A stretch of DNA of 64,000 nt. Source: Dehalococcoidia bacterium. Lineage in GTDB: Bacteria; Chloroflexota; Dehalococcoidia; Lucifugimonadales; CAJWER01. The stretch's first letter is position 1. Each line of letters opens with the position of its first letter. The stretch spans positions 36,743-100,742 of the forward strand of contig DAOULA010000001.1 in NCBI GenBank assembly GCA_034420735.1, read 5' to 3'. A program made the translations under genes and the position numbers. Below are positions 9,312 to 19,028 of the stretch, piece by piece. The notes beneath the pieces were generated by a model. It did no database searches, was not told the DNA's origin, and saw nothing but the letters and a program-made list of their open reading frames with translations.

Positions 9312-10187
9312 ATGGAGATCGTACTCAACTCGAAGTTCTTTGGCTCGCTGTCGGTCGATGAGCTGGGCGCCAAGGTGGCCGAGCTAGGCTACGACGGCAT
9401 CGACGTCAACGTCAGGGAGGGCCACCCGGTCAACCCGGAGAACGCCGTAGGCGCCCTGAAGATGGCCGTTGACCGGTGGCAAGAGATGGGCTTGTCGTGT
9501 CCCCTCGCGACGGCCCCAGTGGACATGGTCGACCCGGACTCACCCGATGCAGCGCGGCTGTACGAGGCCTGCGCCGAGGCCGGGGTCCCCCGGCTGAAGC
9601 TGGGGTTCTGGAAGTACTCCGCGGGCGACGACTACTGGGATGAGGTCGCGCGAGCCCGCCGCGCCTTGGAGGGCTTTGCGTGGTTCAGCGCTCAGACGGG
9701 TGTGCAGACGTGCTACCAGGTTCACAGTGGTCCGAACTTAGGCTCGAACTGCGCGGGACTGATGCACCTGATCCAGGATTTCGACCCGCGGCTGGTGGGC
9801 GCATACCCGGATACGGGACACATGGCGCTGGACGGCGAGGACTGGGACATGGGGTTCTCGATGGTCGCGGACCACCTGTCGATTGTCGGTGCCAAAGATG
9901 CCCATCACGCGCCGCGACAGGCCGGCGCGTTGCCGCGGTACACGCCGAAGTTCGTGAAGCTGGGCGATGGCAGCGTCGACTGGGACAGGTGCGTTGGCGC
10001 ACTGCGCGGCGTGGGATTTGACGGCCCCATTTCAGTCCACACCGAGTACGACTTCGACGAGACGGTGATCCGGCAGGTGGGCTATGCCGACTCCACGCCT
10101 CCGAACCTGGAGGAGTGGGCCGCGGAAGACGCGGCGTTCCTGAGACGTGCGCTCAGCGAGCCCTCGACGCCGCGCAGCCAGGACTGA
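9312..10187 (+). CDS. Sugar phosphate isomerase/epimerase (xylose-isomerase-like TIM barrel)
   Basis: Tracked ORF 8853..10187, whose N-terminal 153 aa is an off-frame overlap with the permease. Real start is ATG 9312 (MEIVLNSKFFGSLSVDELGAKVAELGYDGIDV). Later YQVHSG and DTGHM metal-ligand-type motifs. Confidence 0.8.
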   Translation: MEIVLNSKFFGSLSVDELGAKVAELGYDGIDVNVREGHPVNPENAVGALKMAVDRWQEMGLSCPLATAPVDMVDPDSPDAARLYEACAEAGVPRLKLGFWKYSAGDDYWDEVARARRALEGFAWFSAQTGVQTCYQVHSGPNLGSNCAGLMHLIQDFDPRLVGAYPDTGHMALDGEDWDMGFSMVADHLSIVGAKDAHHAPRQAGALPRYTPKFVKLGDGSVDWDRCVGALRGVGFDGPISVHTEYDFDETVIRQVGYADSTPPNLEEWAAEDAAFLRRALSEPSTPRSQD

Positions 10188-10194
10188 TCTGCAA

Positions 10195-11220
10195 ATGCTT
10201 GCGTATATCGCCAGGAGGCTCCTGCTAGCCGCGTTCACCGTGTGGGCGATCTCGCTACTCGCCTGGTTCATCATCCAGCTGCCCGAGGGGGATCTGGTCG
10301 ACGAGTACTTCGAAGCGCTCATGCAGGAGAGCCTGTCCGGGCCAGCGGGCGAGGAGCGCACCGAGGCGATGCGGAAGTATTTGGGGATGGACCAACCGCT
10401 GATCGTGCAGTATGGCAGGTGGATATTGGGGCTCATGCAGGGCGACCTGGGCCGGTCATTCGCCGGGAGCTTCGCGGGCGGAGCGAACACCCGGGCCGAG
10501 GATCAGCCGATCAAGCCGCTCATAGGCGACAGGCTCCTGCTGACCGTCGTGCTGACCGGATTCACCATCGTCGTGACGTGGACGTTCGCCATTCCCGTCG
10601 GCATCTACTCGGCGGTGCGGCAGCACTCTGTGGGCGACTACCTCTTCACGTTCATCGGATTCTCGGGGTTGGCCGTGCCGGATTTCCTGCTGGGTCTCGT
10701 GCTGATGTACGTGGCCTTCGCATACTTCGACGTCAGCGTGGGAGGGCTATTTTCGGGCGAATATCAGAACGCGCCGTGGAGCATGGCAAAGGTCAAGGAC
10801 CTGCTCGACCATCTCTGGATCCCGGCCGTAGTCCTCGGCACTTCGGGGACGGCGGGGCTGATCCGCATAATGCGGAACAACTTGCTGGACGAGCTGGGCA
10901 GGCCCTACGTCGTGACCGCCCGGGCAAAGGGAGTCGGCTCGTTCAGGACCATCGTGAAGTACCCGGTCAGGGTGGCCATCAACCCCTTGATCAGCACGGC
11001 GGGCTACCTGCTCCCTGCCCTGGTGAGCGGGAGCGTGATCGTATCGGTCGTGCTGAGCCTGCCGACGATGGGTCCCCTGCTGCTGGACGGCATAGTGAGC
11101 CAGGACCCGTACCTGGCGGGCTTCATCGTACTGATGCTCGGCGTGCTGACGGTCGTGGGGACGCTCATCTCTGACCTCCTGCTGGCCGTGGTCGACCCAA
11201 GGATCAAACTCTCCGCGTAG
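10195..11220 (+). CDS. ABC transporter permease, DppB/OppB type (paralogue 2)
   Basis: Start at ATG 10195 (MLAYIARRLLLAAFTVWAISLLAWFII). The C-terminal two thirds is near-collinear with 8281..9300, for example FTFIGFSGLAVPDFLLGLVLMYVAFAYFD and LIRIMRNNLLDELGRPYVVTARAKGV. Confidence 0.9.
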   Translation: MLAYIARRLLLAAFTVWAISLLAWFIIQLPEGDLVDEYFEALMQESLSGPAGEERTEAMRKYLGMDQPLIVQYGRWILGLMQGDLGRSFAGSFAGGANTRAEDQPIKPLIGDRLLLTVVLTGFTIVVTWTFAIPVGIYSAVRQHSVGDYLFTFIGFSGLAVPDFLLGLVLMYVAFAYFDVSVGGLFSGEYQNAPWSMAKVKDLLDHLWIPAVVLGTSGTAGLIRIMRNNLLDELGRPYVVTARAKGVGSFRTIVKYPVRVAINPLISTAGYLLPALVSGSVIVSVVLSLPTMGPLLLDGIVSQDPYLAGFIVLMLGVLTVVGTLISDLLLAVVDPRIKLSA

Positions 11221-11232
11221 CGAGGCGATGGA

Positions 11233-12804
11233 ATGCCCTACAACACCGTCGGAAAACGAAACCTCCGCAAGCTGCTCGAGCAGAAGGTCGCTGCCCATCC
11301 ACACAGGACGTTCATGTTCTTCGAGGAGGCCGACCAGGTCGCGCGAACGTACAGCTATCTGCAGTTCGACCAGATGGTCAACCGGACGGCGAACGCGCTC
11401 CTGGAGCTCGGCGTACGCAAGGGAGACAAGGTCAACCTGCACCTGACGAACTGCCCTGAGTTCATGTTCCTCTGGTTCGCCACGGCGAAGATAGGCGCCG
11501 TGATGATGCCGACGAATCCGCTCTCGCCGCCCGCCGAGCTGGCGTACCCGCTCGATCACTCGGAGAGCGTCATCAGCATCACCCAGCCGGACCTTCTGCC
11601 TCACGTCGAGGCGGCGAGAAAGAGCTGCCCGAAGCTGCGCGCTATCGTTCTTGCGCGCACGGATACTGGCCCGGAGGGCGTGCCCCTGTTCGACGAGCTG
11701 GTCGAGTCGCAGTCCGAAGAGCTGGCCGGAGCTGATATCGAGCCGCTCGACGACGCGGCCATCATGTACACGTCCGGCACCACGAGCCTGCCCAAGGGGG
11801 TGCTGGTCACCCACGCCAACTACGTCTGGCTGGCCGAGGTGCTCGCCAAGAACATGCGGATGGGCCCCGACGACCGCCAGCTCGTGACGCTGCCGCTTTT
11901 CCACGCCAACGCCCAGTACTACTCCGTCATGTCGGCCCTGACAGTGGGGGCCAGCGTGGCGCTTATGCCCAGGTTCAGCGCTTCGAGGTTCATGAAGCAG
12001 GCGATCAGGTACGAATGCACGGTAACCAGCCTGTTCGCCGCGCCGATGCGGATGATCCTGGCGCAGCCTGTCGATCCCGACGACCGGCAGAACAGCTTCA
12101 GGCTGGTCATATTCGCCCAGAACATCACGGAAGCTCAGCTCGCCGAGTGGGAGGAGCGGTTCGGGGCTAATCTCATGCAGATCTACGGCATGACCGAGAC
12201 GATGGGCCAGCCGCTGACCAACCCCCTCGACTACGATAGGGACAACATGACCATCGGGATGCCCACCCTGCCCTACGAGTGCAAGGTGGTCGACCCGTTG
12301 GGGGTGGAGGTGCCGGAGGGCGAGGCGGGCGAGCTGCTGGTGAGGGGCACGCCGGGCTGGTCGATCATGAAAGGGTACTTCAAGAACCCGGAGGCGACGG
12401 CCAGCACCATCCAGGACGGGTGGCTGTGGACGGGGGACGTGGTGCAGGTCGGCGAGGACGGATACTTCAGGTTCGTCGACAGGACCAAGGACATGATCAA
12501 GCGGGCGGGCGAGAACGTTGCCGCAGGCGAGGTCGAGGCTGTGATCAAGGAGCATCCCAAGGTGGCCGACGCGGCTGTGATCGGCGTGCCGGACGAGATG
12601 CGCGACGAGTCCATCAAGGCCTTTGTGATCCTGAGGGACGGCGAGTCGGCCGCGGCGGACGAGATCATCGACTACTGCGCCGCGCGCCTGTCCAAGTTCA
12701 GGGTGCCGGAATACGTGGAGATGCGGGACGAGTTCCCGCGCACGTCGGTGGGCAAGATACAGAAGCACATCCTGCGCCGGGAGGAAGAGGCGGCGGACGC
12801 ATAA
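11233..12804 (+). CDS. AMP-dependent acyl-CoA synthetase/ligase (CaiC-like)
   Basis: 523 aa. AMP-binding motif IMYTSGTTSLPKGV, YGMTET, WLWTGD, and C-terminal PRTSVGKIQK. Confidence 0.9.
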   Translation: MPYNTVGKRNLRKLLEQKVAAHPHRTFMFFEEADQVARTYSYLQFDQMVNRTANALLELGVRKGDKVNLHLTNCPEFMFLWFATAKIGAVMMPTNPLSPPAELAYPLDHSESVISITQPDLLPHVEAARKSCPKLRAIVLARTDTGPEGVPLFDELVESQSEELAGADIEPLDDAAIMYTSGTTSLPKGVLVTHANYVWLAEVLAKNMRMGPDDRQLVTLPLFHANAQYYSVMSALTVGASVALMPRFSASRFMKQAIRYECTVTSLFAAPMRMILAQPVDPDDRQNSFRLVIFAQNITEAQLAEWEERFGANLMQIYGMTETMGQPLTNPLDYDRDNMTIGMPTLPYECKVVDPLGVEVPEGEAGELLVRGTPGWSIMKGYFKNPEATASTIQDGWLWTGDVVQVGEDGYFRFVDRTKDMIKRAGENVAAGEVEAVIKEHPKVADAAVIGVPDEMRDESIKAFVILRDGESAAADEIIDYCAARLSKFRVPEYVEMRDEFPRTSVGKIQKHILRREEEAADA

Positions 12805-12844
12805 CGGCCCGTTCATCGTAGGACTCTCCGTAGTGAGGTGAAGC

Positions 12845-13630
12845 TTGGACCTTGGATTGTCGTTGAAGGTGGCGCTGGTGACCGGCGGGAGCAGGGGAAT
12901 AGGGCGTGCGACCGCTCTGGGGCTGGAGGCTGAGGGGTGTCGCGTCGCGATTTGCGCCCGGGAGAGTGAGCAGCTGGAGCGCACCCTTGGCGAGCTTCGT
13001 GAGGGCGCATCCGGTGAGGCGTGGGGGCGAACCGCGGACGTTACTGACAGTGCCGATGTGGAGGCGTTCGTCGGCGGGGCTGCAGAGCGGTTCGGTGGCA
13101 TAGACGCTCTCGTCTGTAATGTGGGCGGGTTCAGCGGCGGCGAAACGCTTGACGCGACCGACGAGGAGTGGATGGCCACTCTCGACGTCAACCTGCTTCA
13201 CGCCGTCAGGACCATCCGGGCAGCGGTGCCCCACATGAAGGGACGCCGGGACGCCAGCATCGTGATAGTGTCGTCAATCTCCGGATGGAAGCCGGGGCCT
13301 CGTGCCCAGTACGGCGCGGCCAAGGCAGCGGAGATATTCCTGTCCTCGGCGCTGGCGTGGGACCTGGCCGCCGACCAGATCCGCGTCAATACGGTCTGCC
13401 CCGGCTCGATCATGTTTCCCGGCAGCGGGTGGGAGGACTACCTGGCGAACGACCCTGCCGGCTACGCCAGGTTCATGGAGAACGAGCTTCCCTGGGGGCG
13501 CCTGGGCACTGACGAGGAGGTCGCAGACGCGATTGTCTTCCTCTGCTCGCCCCGGTCACGCTGGATCAACGGAGCGATGGTCCCGGTGGACGGGGGCCAG
13601 AGCCGCCCAACGGGCCGGTGGTACAACTAG
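12845..13630 (+). CDS. SDR family oxidoreductase
   Basis: 261 aa, TTG start. TGGSRGIGRA cofactor motif, catalytic YGAAKAA (YxxxK), and the NTVCPG pattern. Confidence 0.9.
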   Translation: MDLGLSLKVALVTGGSRGIGRATALGLEAEGCRVAICARESEQLERTLGELREGASGEAWGRTADVTDSADVEAFVGGAAERFGGIDALVCNVGGFSGGETLDATDEEWMATLDVNLLHAVRTIRAAVPHMKGRRDASIVIVSSISGWKPGPRAQYGAAKAAEIFLSSALAWDLAADQIRVNTVCPGSIMFPGSGWEDYLANDPAGYARFMENELPWGRLGTDEEVADAIVFLCSPRSRWINGAMVPVDGGQSRPTGRWYN

Positions 13631-13637
13631 GCCTGTT

Positions 13638-14366
13638 CTACCGGCCATACGTCAATCGCTCGGCTAGGTAGTGAGGCAGGCCTCGCTCCTGCATCTTGCG
13701 CTGGGTCGTCGCTATGTCGTACTCGACCCTGCGGTGGGTGATCGTCCCCGATTCCGAATCGTACACGGCATAGCTGGCCCGGGGGTCGCCGTCCCGGGGC
13801 TGGCCGACGCTGCCGGGGTTGACTATTGCAAGCCCCTCCTTGAGGTCCTCAGGCCTGCCCGTCGCCAGCTTGAAGGCGGGTGCGCCGCCTTCGAGCCGGC
13901 ATATGAAGGGAACGTGAGAGTGCCCGACCAGGCACAGCCGGGTCTCGATGTCCTCGAACGCGGCGAGGGCCGCCGCCGAGTTGACGACGTACTCCCACAC
14001 GGGATCGCGCGGGCTGCCGTGAACGGCGGTGAAACCGTGCATCTCCAGTCGCAGTGGCAGAGCGCGCAGGTACTCCAGATCCGCTTCGCCAAGCTGTCCG
14101 GTTGTCCACCTTGCCGCTGCCGCCGCGTACTCGTTGAACCACTCCAGGCCCATCTTGCCCGATACAGCGAGGTCGTGGTTGCCTGCAACACACTTGGCGT
14201 CGTGCTGTCGCAGCAGCTCGATGCAGGCTGCGGGGTCGGGACCGTAGCCCACCAGGTCGCCCAGCGCCCACACCTCGTCGAAGCCGCCGTTGCTGTTGGC
14301 GTCGTCGAAGACAGAGGTGAGCGCCTCCAGGTTGCTGTGTATGTCCGACATTACCAGGGCCTTCAT
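13638..14366 (-). CDS. Metallophosphoesterase family protein
   Basis: 242 aa: MKALVMSDIHSN, GDLVGYGPDP, GNHD, GHSH. These are calcineurin-like phosphoesterase motifs. Confidence 0.85.
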   Translation of the reverse strand: MKALVMSDIHSNLEALTSVFDDANSNGGFDEVWALGDLVGYGPDPAACIELLRQHDAKCVAGNHDLAVSGKMGLEWFNEYAAAAARWTTGQLGEADLEYLRALPLRLEMHGFTAVHGSPRDPVWEYVVNSAAALAAFEDIETRLCLVGHSHVPFICRLEGGAPAFKLATGRPEDLKEGLAIVNPGSVGQPRDGDPRASYAVYDSESGTITHRRVEYDIATTQRKMQERGLPHYLAERLTYGR

Positions 14367-14412
14367 ACGCGCCTGCTATAATACATCCACCTCATTTGGC
14401 GAGTCCCTGCAT

Positions 14413-14901
14413 TTGTCCCCACCACCAGTAGAGATAGATTCCGCGTGCGCGGAAGACACCCACGAGCTCGGTCGTATCCTGGGAGAGCACGCTCGCGCCG
14501 GCGACATCTTTCTGCTCACCGGCGACCTGGGCGCGGGCAAGACGACCCTGACGCAGGGCATTCTCTGGGGCATGGGGTCGGACGACTACGTGCGAAGTCC
14601 AACCTTCGTCCTGGCCACCGAATATGACGCAAGCATACCCCTGCACCACGTCGACCTCTACCGAATCGAGGGCGTGGACGAGATGGACGAGCTCGGCCTC
14701 GACGAGCTGGTGGAGGACGGCGGTGTGGTCGTGGTGGAGTGGGCCGAGAAGGCTGCAGAGCTGTTTCCGGAAGGCAGGCTGCAGGTGAACATCGAGCGCC
14801 GGGGCGGCGATTCCAGGCGGCTGATCCTGGCCGCCACATCACCCGAGTACGACCGCTTCCTCGAGCTGGTATCCGGCCGCGCCACGGCAGGCTGTGCGTA
14901 G
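14413..14901 (+). CDS. tsaE: tRNA t6A37 biosynthesis ATPase TsaE
   Basis: P-loop GDLGAGKTTLTQG, then SPTF and HVDLYR. Tracked ORF starts at 14290 and would overlap the divergent gene. I place the start at TTG 14413, but this is uncertain (CTG 14407 is an alternative). Confidence 0.8.
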   Translation: MSPPPVEIDSACAEDTHELGRILGEHARAGDIFLLTGDLGAGKTTLTQGILWGMGSDDYVRSPTFVLATEYDASIPLHHVDLYRIEGVDEMDELGLDELVEDGGVVVVEWAEKAAELFPEGRLQVNIERRGGDSRRLILAATSPEYDRFLELVSGRATAGCA

Positions 14902-14902
14902 C

Positions 14903-15586
14903 ATGGAGCTCGTCCTCGACACGTCGACCAGGTACGCGTCCGTGGCGGTTTCGCGCGAAGGGGAGATCATTGCGGAGCTGTCCTGGCGCTCCGAGCGTAA
15001 TCACTCAGTGGAGCTCGTCCCAGCGATTCGCCGCGTCGCCGAGCAGGCCGCCGTGACCCTCGACGATGCGAAGGCCGTGTTCGTGGCACAGGGGCCGGGC
15101 GGGTTCAGCGCTCTTCGTGTCGGCATCAGCATGGCCAAGGCATTCGCGATGGCCCGCAACATTCCCCTGGTTGGCGTGAACACGCTGGACGCGGAGGCGC
15201 AGCCCTACCTGGCATTGGGCCTGCCCGTCTGCGCGGTAGTGGGTGCGGGCAAGTCCAGGGTCTACACAGCCATGTACGCCGGGGGCCAGTCCTCCGGGTA
15301 CCGCGTCCAGTCCCACGAAGAGTTTGCTGCGGGGATTACGGAGGCGACACTGCTGTGCGGAGAGGGCCTGCCGGATGTCGCGGGGATCATCGAGGAGCGA
15401 GCGCGTGACCTGGCCACAGTCGCTGCTGCGCCTCCTCCCACGAGGAGGCCGGCGGTCCTGGCACAACTTGGATACGAGCTGCTTCGGGGCGGGGGCGCAC
15501 AGTCGCCCGAGTCCCTGGAGCCCATATACATGAGGGCGGCGCAGATAGCGGCCGCCCAGCGCAACATGAACAACAGGAAGGAGTAA
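14903..15586 (+). CDS. tsaB: tRNA t6A37 biosynthesis protein TsaB
   Basis: [17 protein letters not shown]..., [19 protein letters not shown] (TsaB / inactive M22 glycoprotease homologue). ATG at 14903 lies 1 nt after the tsaE stop. Confidence 0.85.
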   Translation: MELVLDTSTRYASVAVSREGEIIAELSWRSERNHSVELVPAIRRVAEQAAVTLDDAKAVFVAQGPGGFSALRVGISMAKAFAMARNIPLVGVNTLDAEAQPYLALGLPVCAVVGAGKSRVYTAMYAGGQSSGYRVQSHEEFAAGITEATLLCGEGLPDVAGIIEERARDLATVAAAPPPTRRPAVLAQLGYELLRGGGAQSPESLEPIYMRAAQIAAAQRNMNNRKE

Positions 15587-15593
15587 CCTGGAC

Positions 15594-16046
15594 TTGCAAC
15601 ACACACTGGTATTGCTGAAGCCCGACGCCGTGCAGCGCGCGCTTGCGGGCGAGATCATAGCGAGAATCGAGCGGAAGGGCCTGAAGATAGCCGGCATGAA
15701 GCTCATGCTCATCGGCGAAGACCTTGCGAGGGAGCACTACGGGGAGCACGTGGGCAAGCCCTTCTTCGAGGGGCTGGTCGAGTACATCACGTCGAGCCCG
15801 GTGGTGGCCATGGCCGTGGAGGGCGAGAACGCCGTCGAGGTGGTGCGGAGACTGCTTGGCGCAACCAACCCGCAGGACGCAGACCCGGGAACCATCAGGG
15901 GCGACTACGGCATGTCGATAGGGTTGAACCTGACCCACGGCTCGGACTCCGAGGAGTCCGCGGCCCGGGAGTTGGCCCTCTTCTTCTCCAGCGATGAGGT
16001 GCTGGGCTACGACAGGGCGACCGAGCCCTGGATTACTGAATCCTGA
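15594..16046 (+). CDS. ndk: Nucleoside-diphosphate kinase
   Basis: 150 aa, TTG start with AGGAAGGAG upstream. [23 protein letters not shown], and the catalytic-His motif NLTHGSDS. Confidence 0.95.
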   Translation: MQHTLVLLKPDAVQRALAGEIIARIERKGLKIAGMKLMLIGEDLAREHYGEHVGKPFFEGLVEYITSSPVVAMAVEGENAVEVVRRLLGATNPQDADPGTIRGDYGMSIGLNLTHGSDSEESAARELALFFSSDEVLGYDRATEPWITES

Positions 16047-16395
16047 CGGTCTCTACCGCCGCGGGCCAGGCTTCCTCGATGCGATAGAAGTCCCGGGTCT
16101 CGGGCCGGAAGATATGAACGACGACGTCGCTGAAGTCGAGGAGCATCCAACCGCCCTGGGCGGTGCCCTCTCGATGATGAAGCCTGCCGTCGCCCTGCTT
16201 GACGGCAGCCTCAATGTCTTCCACGAGGCTGTTCATCTGGCGGGGTGACTCGACGGTGGCCACCACGAAGTAGTCGGCGAAGTCGCTGATGCCCCGGATG
16301 TCGAGCATGACGACATCCGACGCCAGCTTGTCGGACGCGACATCTACTATGAGCCTGGCGACGTCACTCGCACTCGGTGGGGCTTTTGAAATCAC
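16033..16395 (-). CDS. rsfS: Ribosome silencing factor RsfS
   Basis: 120 aa: [48 protein letters not shown]. Confidence 0.9.
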   Translation of the reverse strand: MISKAPPSASDVARLIVDVASDKLASDVVMLDIRGISDFADYFVVATVESPRQMNSLVEDIEAAVKQGDGRLHHREGTAQGGWMLLDFSDVVVHIFRPETRDFYRIEEAWPAAVETVRIQ

Positions 16396-16476
16396 GCGGG
16401 CATTATAGGTACGGCCCTCTCGGGGGTCAACCGGAGTCCAAACTCCCCACCTAAGATCCCGGCGCCGTTACGGCGA

Positions 16477-16507
16477 CGGGATGGGTTCCCGCCTTCGCAG
16501 GAACGAC
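16477..16507. repeat. Short GC-rich hairpin repeat (GGGATGGGTTCCCGCCT family)
   Basis: CGGGATGGGTTCCCGCCTTCGCAGGAACGAC, with a GTTCC...GGAAC stem. The 17-nt core GGGATGGGTTCCCGCCT (16478-16494) recurs at 23325-23341. Confidence 0.5.
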
Positions 16508-16560
16508 AGTCGTGTGTGCTAGAATGCGGCCCTGCACGTACCCCCAATGGAGGTCATCGA

Positions 16561-17727
16561 ATGGCCCTACCCTCCCGGATGAAATTCGGCATCTTCATGG
16601 CGCCGTTTCACCCCGTCGGCGACAACCCAACCCTGGCCCTCGAACGGGACCTGGAGCTGATCGAGCTGCTCGACCGGCTCGGATACGACGAGGCGTGGGT
16701 CGGCGAACACCACAGCGCGGGGTGGGAGATCATCTCGTCGCCGGAGGTGTTCATCGCGGCGGCCGCCCAGAGGACCAGGAACATCAAGCTCGGCACGGGC
16801 GTCATAAGCCTGCCGTACCACCACCCGCTCATGACTGTGAACCGCATGGTCCAGCTAGACCACATGACCAGAGGCCGCGTGATGATGGGAGTGGGCCCCG
16901 GCGCCCTGGTGACCGACGCCTACATGATGGGCATAGACTTCTCGACGCAGCGCCCGCGCATGGACGAGGCACTCGGCATCATCATCCGGCTGCTGACCGA
17001 GACGGAGCCGATCACCTACGAGTCGGACTGGTTCGTGCTGCGGGAGGGACGGCTCCACCTGCGTCCCTATACGCAGCCATACTTCCCGATTGCAGTCGCC
17101 GCCGCCGCGACGCCGTCGGGCCTGATACTGGCCGGGAAGCATGGCACTGCGGTGCTGTCCCTCAGCGTCCTGGCGTCGGATGCCATCAGGTCGACGCTCA
17201 AGGACTTCTGGAAGATCGCGGAGGATACGGCCGAGGAGCACGGCAACACGATGAACCGCGAGGACTGGCGGCTTGTTCTGCACGTCTTCCTGGCGGAGAC
17301 GCGCAAGGAGGCCATGGAGCAGGCGCGGATCAAGGCCGGGCAGTACCAGCGCGGCTACTTCGAGGATGCACTCGGCAATCCGGCCCCGTTTGACGGTCCG
17401 CCCGACAAGATCGTCGACGCCATGGTGGATAGGGGCGCATGGTGCGTGGGCACTCCCGACGACTTGGTCGATTCCATCCACAGGCTGGACGAGGAGAGCG
17501 GCGGGTTCGGCGGCCTGCTGATACAGGCGACGGAGTGGGGCACCCGCGAGCAGGTCTTCCGCAGCTACGAGCTGCTGGCCCGTTACGTAATGCCCCAGTT
17601 CCAGGGGACTATGGATAGCCTGGCCGGCTCATACGACTGGGCGGTCGACCGCTGCGAAGAGCTGACCACCCTGCGCAAGGAGTCGCTGGCGAAGGCGCGC
17701 GAGGCGTTCACGGGCAGGAGTGGTTAG
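16561..17727 (+). CDS. LLM-class (luciferase-like) flavin-dependent oxidoreductase
   Basis: Start at ATG 16561 (MALPSRMKFGIFMAPFH...). GYDEAWVGEHH and the LGTGVISLPYHHP pattern are typical of luciferase-like monooxygenases. Confidence 0.9.
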   Translation: MALPSRMKFGIFMAPFHPVGDNPTLALERDLELIELLDRLGYDEAWVGEHHSAGWEIISSPEVFIAAAAQRTRNIKLGTGVISLPYHHPLMTVNRMVQLDHMTRGRVMMGVGPGALVTDAYMMGIDFSTQRPRMDEALGIIIRLLTETEPITYESDWFVLREGRLHLRPYTQPYFPIAVAAAATPSGLILAGKHGTAVLSLSVLASDAIRSTLKDFWKIAEDTAEEHGNTMNREDWRLVLHVFLAETRKEAMEQARIKAGQYQRGYFEDALGNPAPFDGPPDKIVDAMVDRGAWCVGTPDDLVDSIHRLDEESGGFGGLLIQATEWGTREQVFRSYELLARYVMPQFQGTMDSLAGSYDWAVDRCEELTTLRKESLAKAREAFTGRSG

Positions 17728-17731
17728 CGGA

Positions 17732-18508
17732 ATGAACAGGAAGGTCCGAATCGAGGCGTACACGAGGCGCGAGTTCCGGGAGGCGCTGCAGGCCGGGTCA
17801 TTCAGGGCGGCTATCATCGCGACCGGCAGCATCGAGCAGCACCTGGAGCACCTGGCCTTCGAGCAGGACATCGCCTCGAGCACCTACGTCGCCGAGCGTG
17901 CAGCCGAGGCGCTCTACCCAAATGTCGCGGTCGTCGTGCCGCTGTCCATAGGCATCGCCGAGCACCACATGCACTTTCCCGGCACCATGTCGGCGAAGCC
18001 GGGCAGCTGGCTGGCGGTGCTGTTCGACGCGGTGGAGAGCCTGGTCAGGCACGGTATCGGGCGCGTGCTGATTCTCAACGGCCACGGCGGCAACGTGAAG
18101 CCGGTCGAGGGCGTGATCGACCAGTGGCGGATGCACCTCACGTCCGTGCACGGCGCGCCCATACCCGGGGACTCGCTGGAGGCCATCCACACGCACAGCG
18201 ACTACACGAATGCCCTGCTGCAACGCGACGAACCGGGGCTCGACCTGCGCTTCAACAGCTACTGGGACCTGATCCCGGAGGAGTTCGCCAACGAGGTCCT
18301 GGACGTGGGGCACCACCCGGGTCACGCCGGCGAGTTCGAGACTTCGTTCACGATGCACGCCATTCCCGGTAATGTCAGAGCCGACGCCGTCCAGCACAAT
18401 CTGGAGGAGGAGACGGCGGCGGGCACCGCAGAGAAGGGCCGGGTGCTGATCGACAAGGCCGTCGAAGGCACCACTGCCCTGCTCGAGGAGATGCTGGACT
18501 CGGGCTAG
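17732..18508 (+). CDS. Creatininase-family amidohydrolase
   Basis: IIATGSIEQHLEHL, LNGHGGN and GHAGEFETS are creatininase-fold metal-binding motifs. Confidence 0.85.
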   Translation: MNRKVRIEAYTRREFREALQAGSFRAAIIATGSIEQHLEHLAFEQDIASSTYVAERAAEALYPNVAVVVPLSIGIAEHHMHFPGTMSAKPGSWLAVLFDAVESLVRHGIGRVLILNGHGGNVKPVEGVIDQWRMHLTSVHGAPIPGDSLEAIHTHSDYTNALLQRDEPGLDLRFNSYWDLIPEEFANEVLDVGHHPGHAGEFETSFTMHAIPGNVRADAVQHNLEEETAAGTAEKGRVLIDKAVEGTTALLEEMLDSG

Positions 18509-18528
18509 AAGGCTGTCCCGGTCCCCTG

Positions 18529-18939
18529 CTACGGCGCCAGCACTGTGAACGCTGCGAGCGGCACGTTCCTCAGTACCCAGAAGGCGATGACGGCAGCCAG
18601 GAGCGCCCAGATCCACCTGGGGTGAACGAACGCTGGGCGGGGCGCTCTCAGCCCGAACGCCCTCATCGCACCTGTTCCAAGTGAATAGGCGATGAACGGC
18701 AGCGAGAGGACCGCCAGGACGTTGTAGCCGAGCGCCCCGGCTATGTCGCCGCGGAGCAGCACGTGCAGGGCGCGGAGGGTGCCGCAGCCCGGGCAGTAGC
18801 AGCCGGTGAGCCCCAGGAACGGGCATGTCGGGAATAGTCCCGGGTTCCTGGGGTCGAAGGCGTAGAGGAAGGCTAGCCCCGCCGCGCCCAAGAGGGCGAC
18901 GCCAACGTACGTCGCTCGCGACGGAATTGAGCGTCCCAT
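18529..18939 (-). CDS. DUF2752 family membrane protein
   Basis: Start at ATG 18939 (MGRSIPSRATYVGVALLG...). Contains the CPFLGLTGCYCPGCGTLRAL four-Cys motif followed by TM helices. Confidence 0.7.
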   Translation of the reverse strand: MGRSIPSRATYVGVALLGAAGLAFLYAFDPRNPGLFPTCPFLGLTGCYCPGCGTLRALHVLLRGDIAGALGYNVLAVLSLPFIAYSLGTGAMRAFGLRAPRPAFVHPRWIWALLAAVIAFWVLRNVPLAAFTVLAP

Positions 18940-19028
18940 GACCGTGACGCCGCTCGTCTTCCTTGGTATTGCGACTCTGGATGCTGCAACCACTCTGCTA
19001 CCCCTGCGGTCCTCTTGCCAGATACGAT

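Noticed and set aside
10747-13191. 814-aa ORF antisense to the permease, acyl-CoA ligase and SDR genes
   Set aside because: It spans three well-supported plus-strand genes. Its composition is low-complexity (R/H/P/V/D) and no family is recognisable.
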